Part shown: positions 57,401 through 64,000 of the stretch, piece by piece | How the letters are laid out: each line of letters opens with the position of its first letter | Position numbering within the stretch: position 1 is the first letter of the stretch | Source: a virus | Virus record (IMG/VR): IMGVR_UViG_3300045988_154277 | Strand: one strand, 5' to 3' | Length of the DNA: 64,000 nt | Translations under genes and position numbers: made by a program | The notes under the pieces: model-generated | What the model saw: the letters and a program-made list of their open reading frames with translations, nothing else | Databases searched by the model: none | Told to the model about the DNA's origin: nothing

Positions 57401-59623
57401 CACCTCTCCTTTGATCTTGAGAGGAAGGTACTTCACAACAGACTTCGACCAGATGAACTTCTTCTTGAGATCATCAGGAAGAGCAGGGATCAGAACGTCG
57501 CGTTCATACTGATTCGCCCAAACGATATCAGCGTTACCACGAGCATCAACGATATTCGAGTTGCGCAACTCGTCGATGATGTTCATATACCGTTGGAACT
57601 CAGGTTGATCACCGATACCAGGTTCATTCTGCAACCATTCGATCGCGTCTTCGAATGCTGTGATATACGCTGTGAGATTCTGTTGATAATAATCCTGTCG
57701 TTCTTTGACGAAGGTAATGATCTGTTTCTCCACTTGGGATACCGTATACTTCCATCCTGTTGACATACGGACAGAGACCGTTGTTTCTTTCTTCTCAGGA
57801 AGTGACAAGATATCCTTCGTAACACGAGTGATCATACGAGTGAGTCTTGCATTTAAGACGTCGTTTGCGATCGCCGTGTTGAAACCGAATGTCGCTTTGA
57901 AGATCGCACATGCTTCATCATCGAAGTAAGGATCCAAAACAGACATGATCGGGATGAGTTCGACTCCTGCGCACTTGATGGGCGTGCCACTGAGCAAGAG
58001 TAGATCTGCATTCTGATTGTATCTGGCAAGATCCAACAACAACTGTGTACGAAGAGACGAAGTTCTCAGGAAGTTATGAGACTCATCTACGATTACACCG
58101 AGGTTGTTGAGTTTGTTCTTGATCAAGAACTCTTTCACTTCTTCGATCCTCTCATAGTTCACGATGATCCATCGGGAGGATGTAGTGAGAGGACCTTTGG
58201 TATACCCAGCAACCCACACCTTCTGTTTTTGGTTGAAGAACTTAATCAGATGTGTGTTCCAAGTCTCCAACATCGTGTTCTTCGGACAGATGATAACGAC
58301 ATGTTCTTTCTTCAGAGCTGTCATCAACCCTAGAGCTGTGATCGTCTTACCAAGTCCTTGTTCGAAGGACAACAGATAACCTCTCAGGTGGTTCGTCGTC
58401 TTATTGGTTACATAGTTCTTGATGAACTCGATCTGATGCTCATAGAACTTGGCGTTGATCTCTCTATTGAGAACAGTCAGATCTGCGAATTCTGTCGGTT
58501 GAACAGCAGTACCTACCCAAGTATGACTTTTGATCGTATCGGTTAAGCTAACAGGGAATTGAAACTTATCCAAAAGATAGATGAGTTCCGGTATGAAGAA
58601 CTTATGGATACTGATCGTTCTCTTCTGAGCGAAGAAGAACCGGATACCGATCACCTTGAACAGGTGTTCCAGTTTCGTAGTTTTATACTCTTTGCGGAGT
58701 TTGTTGAAGAACTGGATCACCGGAAAGTTCCGTATCGTGTAATACATCCCCTCTTCCACAACAGGATCGAACAACCCTTCTGAAGATATCACAATAGCTT
58801 CAGTAGATGTGGTTTCCTCTCCGACCTGCGAAGTCACACTCATCTTAAGCTTAGGCGGATCCGGGATCGGCTCGCTGCTCTGAACATAGAGTTTAGATGG
58901 GATCCACATCAAGCAAGCTTCCAACACTTGAGTATATCTCGGACCATAAGACCAACGTTTGTCTTTGTTCTTCAGCCACCAGTCTTTCGCGGTATCACCC
59001 ATCTCGATACCAACAGCAGCCCAGTCAGCTACCATTTCACCGAGAGCCATCAGGATCGCAGGATGCCCTCCCTTATCCTTATATGCATCCTTCAGTTTTT
59101 CATCTGAGATCACCCACTGTTCTTTCTCAGGATCCGGACGATGCATATAGTTCTCAGGGTGATGGTCGTTGAGTTGGTGGTGCTTAGGCCATTCAATCTC
59201 TTCATAGACTCGCTTTGCTTCTGGAGAGATCTCATAGAGATCCTTATACTTATAAAGCGGAGCATTCAGTGCGAAAGACGCAACATGTTCGTTCCCTTGA
59301 AGCTTATCGTAATCATGCTGTTGGACTTTGGCGATGAACCGATCGAAATATCCTCCGAACTGGAAGAACTCGCGAAGGTAGTTCGCGCAGATCTTCACAT
59401 TCTCAACGTGGTTCTTCGTCCTTTGAATATGGTAACGTAAGATCCACTGAGCCAATTCAGCATCCGACAGAACAGTGTTGTTCTTCGTGATACAGGACTC
59501 GATGATCTTTAATACAGTTCTGTTAGGATCACACTCGATCAGTACTTGACCGCCTTTTTTAGACAGGTTGTTATAGTACATCGTATCGAATGGGACCTGT
59601 TTGAAATTGAGTTGGTCACTCAT
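54470..59623 (-). CDS. Giant multidomain protein (1717 aa): SNF2-family helicase plus GNAT acetyltransferase plus uncharacterised N- and C-terminal regions
   Basis: Helicase motifs LLSFEQGLGKTITALG (I), VIVDESHNF (II, DExH), LLLSGTPI (III) and QASDRVHRIGQ (VI). GNAT motif A IFPKYQGKGYGKQ and motif B HLYESMGFKIV. RBS AAGGAGG. Confidence 0.75.
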   Translation of the reverse strand: MSDQLNFKQVPFDTMYYNNLSKKGGQVLIECDPNRTVLKIIESCITKNNTVLSDAELAQWILRYHIQRTKNHVENVKICANYLREFFQFGGYFDRFIAKVQQHDYDKLQGNEHVASFALNAPLYKYKDLYEISPEAKRVYEEIEWPKHHQLNDHHPENYMHRPDPEKEQWVISDEKLKDAYKDKGGHPAILMALGEMVADWAAVGIEMGDTAKDWWLKNKDKRWSYGPRYTQVLEACLMWIPSKLYVQSSEPIPDPPKLKMSVTSQVGEETTSTEAIVISSEGLFDPVVEEGMYYTIRNFPVIQFFNKLRKEYKTTKLEHLFKVIGIRFFFAQKRTISIHKFFIPELIYLLDKFQFPVSLTDTIKSHTWVGTAVQPTEFADLTVLNREINAKFYEHQIEFIKNYVTNKTTNHLRGYLLSFEQGLGKTITALGLMTALKKEHVVIICPKNTMLETWNTHLIKFFNQKQKVWVAGYTKGPLTTSSRWIIVNYERIEEVKEFLIKNKLNNLGVIVDESHNFLRTSSLRTQLLLDLARYNQNADLLLLSGTPIKCAGVELIPIMSVLDPYFDDEACAIFKATFGFNTAIANDVLNARLTRMITRVTKDILSLPEKKETTVSVRMSTGWKYTVSQVEKQIITFVKERQDYYQQNLTAYITAFEDAIEWLQNEPGIGDQPEFQRYMNIIDELRNSNIVDARGNADIVWANQYERDVLIPALPDDLKKKFIWSKSVVKYLPLKIKGEVIGTLLTHLRMQMTSEMMQAADLKQYVDDAMKKTVVFTSYVDTIELAYNYFQKEGYSPLAVYGKTASELTNTVKRFQEDQSLNPLIASLKMLSTGATLTAANTVIFLNKPWRSIEYQQASDRVHRIGQDTDCEIISLVLDTGKEANLSTRMEDIMQWSGDQFDQIVDKKERENVKAFFRGFESLDIPEDCVVSEEKAANVQAGEVEVVDVKGKPVYVGIPAGGTDLPKVGNRILVCADSNYAVALGAKTATWNMKRGTVLFNIIPKQVNLHNSLIIVEYNDIGKPNWRYRCKPTQTVSVDVYKVPTNRCTQDFLSETVSDKKTILRYTGDPNHLSINGIQPNTYTNVDVQYVHNPKLTGGKAPKPKRMSKSLASLELEGDVVHVSMEVLPISLESLTLPASSITLKELDLSNQVEVKYVTDTADLIDDDPDDYKKWTPSDVKADLKKGRQFFLLMHGSEVIGSIGVMFYKDNTVDLFNLGIFPKYQGKGYGKQSVSATIQYVLKHNPITTEIYICAYKTNQKVCHLYESMGFKIVETREKMYLMVLKTDVLKMSAEKLTSAQMKTWGDELYHGSPNDLTELKGYGRASQYKKSIFLSPLKGIASIFIINKQDLYGEENHGYRSIHWSYDVWKQDVSKLNTIPKHITVYHNAKTFKETHGESTGYLYSIKLTDDVKSKLKTFGGGDTKRECRYVDDEPLKYTSKQKITVTWETKFDPSMVKQFGPAVESLECTSFDSESQSSTEQLGSSMEASTASSKIAQKKKEILDYICKLCDTMEPSGLNSKRYRQIIGQMNDKEFDQFMNYMKEGKWQLHIVAPNMIVNLQNEDLLKACDMIGLDLFQRVWMYDRATGRKYLTDNKYMFVKLPIRRQQQFLDEKISVPDNDRTIDGLTGQVTGDSRACSITNPEIQILAARGLSKTMQELVNIRGGNIHGYSEFRRMLEENGEADLDTIDPNSRTRASVVGSKLLQSMMLDTNL

Positions 59624-59680
59624 CAGTAACCTCCTTGGTTCGACATATCTATTGTGAATTGCATAGCATGCCTGAACATC

Positions 59681-59717
59681 AAGAAATCTAACTGAGGTAG
59701 AGAGCTACTCTACCTCA
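59681..59717 (-). terminator. Hairpin CTAACTGAGGTAGAG-agctact-CTCTACCTCAGTTAG
   Basis: 15-bp stem after the stop at 59735. A degenerate TTCACAATAGATAT box follows on the minus strand. Confidence 0.5.
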
Positions 59718-59734
59718 GTTAGGGTCGATATATC

Positions 59735-60520
59735 TTACATATTGTTCAGTGTACTGCAGATCGCTCTTACAGTACTGATCTCCTGGCGCACTACAAGATC
59801 AGAGAAGTTCAACCAGCATACAGCACATTTACGAATATCTCGTACCGTGCTATCGTTCGATGTGCGAAGCTTCGTATTGTATTCATTTACAACACGATTA
59901 CCAGCATCATCAAGTTTCCAACTGATATCATCCATCTGCAGAACGATAGACTGCATCCGTTTCACGGCTTGTTCAGAACTCCATTTGGAAGATTTGAACT
60001 TGACGACGGGACGAGCCACTCGCGGATCGAAGGTCAAATCATCGTTCTTGTCCAGATAGAAGTTCTTCTGACCGTTCAGAATGGTACGGATCGTTGCAAG
60101 CAATTTCACCATAGAAGTATGCTTCAACGGATCGATACCGACGAAGCCTTGGGTCACTTTCGTAGTAGCCAAAACGAGAGCTTGGATATCCTCGTACTTG
60201 TAGGGATCGGTTTCTTTCTCGGCAAGACGTTTAGGATCCAAGCTGTTCAGCCAATCATAGTAACCTTCGAATGTTTGATTGATTCCATTTTGCCAATTCT
60301 GTTTCTGCTGAGCTCTTCGACGTTCAGCACGCTCTTTCTGTTTCTTGCGGAACCACTCGATAAGATTGGAGATGATACCCTCTTCCGAGATGTAGAGAGA
60401 CTCGGTTCCGATGAATAACTCATCTGGAATACGATCCGATGTGACCGTTTGCATACGTACGTCGAACGATGGATCATTCGTGGTTTTGTTCAGGATATCA
60501 CCCAGGTGAAGATCGATCAT
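59735..60520 (-). CDS. Hypothetical protein (start moved to MIDLHLG)
   Basis: AAGGAG 6 nt before the internal ATG. Confidence 0.45.
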   Translation of the reverse strand: MIDLHLGDILNKTTNDPSFDVRMQTVTSDRIPDELFIGTESLYISEEGIISNLIEWFRKKQKERAERRRAQQKQNWQNGINQTFEGYYDWLNSLDPKRLAEKETDPYKYEDIQALVLATTKVTQGFVGIDPLKHTSMVKLLATIRTILNGQKNFYLDKNDDLTFDPRVARPVVKFKSSKWSSEQAVKRMQSIVLQMDDISWKLDDAGNRVVNEYNTKLRTSNDSTVRDIRKCAVCWLNFSDLVVRQEISTVRAICSTLNNM

Positions 60521-60677
60521 AGTAAACTCCTTGATGTTGATAGTTACATAGGATGCTCTGTGCATCAAACGTTCTTCAAACAAAAAGAAAACATCAATAC
60601 CATCGAATACAGGAGGAGTCTCCAGCTCCTCCTGGGTTGCGTTGTTGATGTTCAGCTATAAACTAAGATAGGTTAGG

Positions 60678-60833
60678 TTACGCTACCTTAAATTCACAGT
60701 TGTAGGTACGACCAGTTAGCCAGACCTCGTATTGGATCTTGCGAACCGCCAATTGTGATGCGACAAAGGCATCGTAACCTTGATCCAAGTAATGTTGGTT
60801 CAAGGTATAATACCGTTGTGCAAATTCGGACAT
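60678..60833 (-). CDS. Small 51-aa hypothetical protein
   Basis: Perfect RBS AAAGGAGGTGAG before MSEFAQRYY. Confidence 0.4.
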   Translation of the reverse strand: MSEFAQRYYTLNQHYLDQGYDAFVASQLAVRKIQYEVWLTGRTYNCEFKVA

Positions 60834-60941
60834 AAACTCACCTCCTTTCAAAGTTAGTAGTTTGGAAACATGTTGACAATGCAACATAGCGACCTGTGTG
60901 GGTGTAGGGATGTTCGCGCATCCCTACACCCACACACCTAT

Positions 60942-61478
60942 TTACGCATCCACGTGAAGCTTATATTCCCTACACACTCGATATAATTCCCAGATGTCCT
61001 GATCGTCCAGATGTTCGAACTCCGCATGGAGACATTTCGTCTTAACGGAGGTTATCTCATCTCTCTTGTTCGATCTCAGGAACCAGAATAACATGATCCC
61101 AGTCAAATTACTGGTCAATGCTCTCTCGTATTTCTTGAGAGCGATGTCCTGGTAGAAGAGATCGCGTGTTGGGAAGGACGATGTGATATCATCCTTCTCA
61201 TCATAGAACGGGATGTTGATCGATCCAAGGAGATGCGATTCATCATCCCCGTGAGTTAAATAGGATACCACATACGGGTACACTTCCTCATCAGGACGAT
61301 ATTCGATAATGATCTCATCAACTTTGGGTTTGTCACACTCCGGGCACTTGCTGTATTTGTCAGCTATGTGTTCCCGAATGACCTTCTCCAATCTGTCACG
61401 AGAGGTGATTCCCGGCATCAAAATGTTGTTGACATCTCCAGTGGGTGCTCCATAGAACGTTCTGTAAATAGCGTGCAT
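60942..61478 (-). CDS. Hypothetical protein
   Basis: ORF with a CPECDKP zinc-knuckle-like pair. Confidence 0.4.
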   Translation of the reverse strand: MHAIYRTFYGAPTGDVNNILMPGITSRDRLEKVIREHIADKYSKCPECDKPKVDEIIIEYRPDEEVYPYVVSYLTHGDDESHLLGSINIPFYDEKDDITSSFPTRDLFYQDIALKKYERALTSNLTGIMLFWFLRSNKRDEITSVKTKCLHAEFEHLDDQDIWELYRVCREYKLHVDA

Positions 61479-61829
61479 TTTCTTTTCCTTTTTAGTTATT
61501 GATTATACATGTTGTGAGTACCTGCAGAGTTACATATCCGGACTAGACGTTAGTAATCAACGCCTTTGGAAGGTTGTCCCAAGTGCTTTGGGGCATTCCA
61601 AACTCCTGAACAAAGAACTGCTCAGTGCGTTTGAGATCTCTCCCAAGAAGCAAGTAGACGCTCCGCATATGGACGACTGCAGGATGCAATCCCCATTTCG
61701 AATTAGCCATTGCCATTCGACACCACCGTCCTTTCTGATCTCTTCTTTGAACTACGTGATCAACGTAGGTTCTTGCGATGCTGGTTACATCGCAAGGGTC
61801 GTGGATGAAGTTGTGTAGGAACGATATGT

Positions 61830-61883
61830 CTCTGTCAGGTACTCATTAAGTAATATATACGTGAAAAACGATGAACTACACTG
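61830..61883 (-). promoter_or_regulatory. Second copy of the identical 54-bp TATATAT-box element
   Basis: Exact match to 47459-47512. Confidence 0.45.
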
Positions 61884-61912
61884 GGTAGGATCATCTCCTA
61901 CCCAGTGTAGTT
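61874..61912 (-). terminator. Hairpin AACTACACTGGGTAGGA-tcatc-TCCTACCCAGTGTAGTT
   Basis: 17-bp stem. The outer 10 bp are identical to the 47503 hairpin and the inner 7 bp carry compensatory changes. Confidence 0.5.
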
Positions 61913-61916
61913 GTTA

Positions 61917-62237
61917 TCATAACAGTCCGTGAGACTTGACGGTATTCGCTCTTGCGAATGAGAATGGAACACTCATATCTAGATTCGGGATAACTGTCGT
62001 GCTCGCTCTGGACGGTACTTGTTTAACCAGTCCATCATCTCCGCATATAAACGAAGATGGGTTCGCAAGGAAAGTCTTCAGGTCGATCCTGTTACCAGAG
62101 TGATCCGTAATCACATTTTCGGATACAGAACGAACACGAAGACCATTGGTATCTTCAATAGGAGCTTTCTGTGACTCATTGTACACTTCGGCTCTTACAA
62201 CCACGTCGTCTTCATTGACATATACTGCGATACGCAT
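61917..62237 (-). CDS. Hypothetical protein (106 aa)
   Basis: RBS AAGGAGG, coupled to the upstream gene. Confidence 0.45.
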   Translation of the reverse strand: MRIAVYVNEDDVVVRAEVYNESQKAPIEDTNGLRVRSVSENVITDHSGNRIDLKTFLANPSSFICGDDGLVKQVPSRASTTVIPNLDMSVPFSFARANTVKSHGLL

Positions 62238-62247
62238 AGTTGCCTCC

Positions 62248-63963
62248 TTAGACCAACAGGTCGACTTGCTGCAGAACGAATCGATCGTTCAACAGACTGT
62301 TGGTTCCAGTTTGACTCTTCAGGGTCAATGTGAAGTCGGTGATCGTTCTCATGGAACTCTTCGCACTGACCTGTCTGTTCTGCTGAGTCAGAGAACACGA
62401 GATCGCACAGAGATCCTGGATATAATACATCACGATCGGTTCAACACGATCCTGCAATTCGATCACCTGGTTGGAAGACTCCTCGATCACCTGGTTCTTA
62501 TACCGGTCGAAGACCTTCACTTTGATACCTCTGATTTGAGAGATATCGATGTCGTTGTTGTTGATCGTGTGGTTGACCACCATACCCGCTCCATCGATGA
62601 ACGGATCTTCGGGCATACCTCTATCCACAACCCAGGTGTTGTCGGTTGTAATGGCAGCATCTCCATCTCCATTCTTGTAAGACACATTCTCGATGTCCAC
62701 CACATTGACTGTACCAACCCAGGTAGTGTAACGATCGCCCAACACCGATACCGTATTGGTGACAGCAGAGTTCGCTTGAGATGCGATCCACTGTGTACCA
62801 TCCGGGAGAACTGTCTCCGTTTCCGTATTGGGGTGTTTCACACCACCACTGTCGATCACATCCCACACGGTAGCACTACCTGTCTTATCGTAGAACGTAA
62901 GCTGAACATCACCAGGTGTTTTGCCATTGATCGACATCTGCAGGATGAACCCGTGATTGATATCGGTACTGTCATACACGATACGGAACTTCGGAACGAT
63001 CCGAGTATCGAAGTGAGACAACCCATTGTCCTCATATGTGGTTCCATGGACCGACACGTTCGACAACGAGATCTTACCAGAGATCATGTTGTACGTCAAT
63101 GCGAAGTCTGCGTTGTAATCGTAAGTTGGGACTTCCAACCGGAAATACCCAGTACCCACATTGACGATGGGGTTCATCTCGGTCCACGGACCGTGCGATA
63201 CTGCTGCGATATCCACCCAGTTATCGTCACTGTACTGGATCGCGTTGTACGAGAAGTTGGTGATCTCGTAAGTGAACGACACCTGCTTGTAGTGGCGTAC
63301 CGCTTCTTCCACGATCGTCAACCGGTTTTCGATCTCTGTGATGATCGGCTGAGCCGGAAGGTTCTCTGTTGTGATGAATTGACCGCTTCCCAACAACTGG
63401 ATCACATCGATCAGCTCGTCACGCAGACTGTAGAAGTCGTTGGCTGTGATCTCTCCTCCGAACGCACGGTAGTCCACTTGGATCGTACCAACGATCGGTG
63501 TTGTGAGCACGATATACTCATACACGCCACTCTTGTGAGAAGAGACTCTCGTTTTCCCGTGATTCACACCACGAACGATATAGTCTCTACCTTCCACAAG
63601 ATCAGTTCCGTTGTAGGTGAGAACAAGATCGTGTTTGTAGAAGGATCCGTTCGCAGGTCTGATCACGTACTTGTTGTTCGGAACGTTGACCTGATGCTCT
63701 TCGTTGAAGATATGGTTGTTCTCATTCAGACCGGTATAGTCCTCATCCAGGATCTGGAGTGTTGCCAGAGTGTCGCTGGTTACATCGACCACTGGGTCTT
63801 TGACATACTTCAAATACTGAAGATCTTTCAGCATCGCAAGCATCAGACCTGGTGTTGGTGTGGGACCGACACTGGTGTCCGGGTAATCGGTCAAGTACCG
63901 ATAGAACCCTTGGTATTCCACACTGATTTGGAACTCTTGTCCGGTCAGAACGGATCCTGTCAT
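62248..63963 (-). CDS. Virion structural protein (fibre/baseplate-like); the start may lie at or near the window edge
   Basis: Beta-rich T/N/G/V composition. Long ORF. Confidence 0.45.
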   Translation of the reverse strand: MTGSVLTGQEFQISVEYQGFYRYLTDYPDTSVGPTPTPGLMLAMLKDLQYLKYVKDPVVDVTSDTLATLQILDEDYTGLNENNHIFNEEHQVNVPNNKYVIRPANGSFYKHDLVLTYNGTDLVEGRDYIVRGVNHGKTRVSSHKSGVYEYIVLTTPIVGTIQVDYRAFGGEITANDFYSLRDELIDVIQLLGSGQFITTENLPAQPIITEIENRLTIVEEAVRHYKQVSFTYEITNFSYNAIQYSDDNWVDIAAVSHGPWTEMNPIVNVGTGYFRLEVPTYDYNADFALTYNMISGKISLSNVSVHGTTYEDNGLSHFDTRIVPKFRIVYDSTDINHGFILQMSINGKTPGDVQLTFYDKTGSATVWDVIDSGGVKHPNTETETVLPDGTQWIASQANSAVTNTVSVLGDRYTTWVGTVNVVDIENVSYKNGDGDAAITTDNTWVVDRGMPEDPFIDGAGMVVNHTINNNDIDISQIRGIKVKVFDRYKNQVIEESSNQVIELQDRVEPIVMYYIQDLCAISCSLTQQNRQVSAKSSMRTITDFTLTLKSQTGTNSLLNDRFVLQQVDLLV

Positions 63964-64000
63964 CAGGATCCCACGAACAAGGTTCGCTTGGAAGGTAGAA

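Noticed and set aside
39823-61912. Possibility that the repeated 25-54 bp motifs form a CRISPR array
   Set aside because: The copies are separated by 5-9 kb, flanked by different hairpins and sit at gene boundaries. There is no regular repeat-spacer periodicity and there are no cas genes.

Overview
This window reads as a dense, two-strand segment of a large virulent tailed dsDNA phage (about 48% GC, near-universal AAGGAGG-type ribosome-binding sites, many ATGA/TAA-RBS translational couplings). Convergent gene blocks are separated by long perfect-stem hairpins that look like rho-independent terminators. Recognisable content is mostly virion and morphogenesis genes: a tail fibre with internal tandem repeats and a beta-helix C-terminus, a ClpP-family protease, several very large structural proteins, a Gly/Ser-rich protein and a holin-like 2-TM protein. 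The accessory block at about 5-16 kb is more unusual: a SLOG+DUF4326 fusion, a patatin-like phospholipase in an operon with two lipoproteins, and a tubulin/FtsZ-like GTPase with a palindromic operator beside it. The most striking feature is a lineage-specific two-gene cassette present four times (plus a truncated fifth copy of the large gene): a roughly 90-110 aa protein followed by a roughly 450-490 aa HExxH-motif protein. A hairpin separates the two genes in three of the four cassettes (two of these carry C9/C10 homopolymer tracts), and a conserved ATCTAGATGTAGG-type stem-loop follows three of the four large genes. Other highlights are a 1717-aa protein fusing an SNF2 helicase and a GNAT acetyltransferase inside a structural operon, a recurring TATATAT-centred promoter-like box tied to covarying hairpins (two copies share an identical 54-mer), tandemly duplicated small genes, and a second small-protein family with one member missed by the ORF track. 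I found no rRNA, tRNA, CRISPR array, integrase or transposase. All functional calls come from motif reading by eye and need HMM or structure confirmation.
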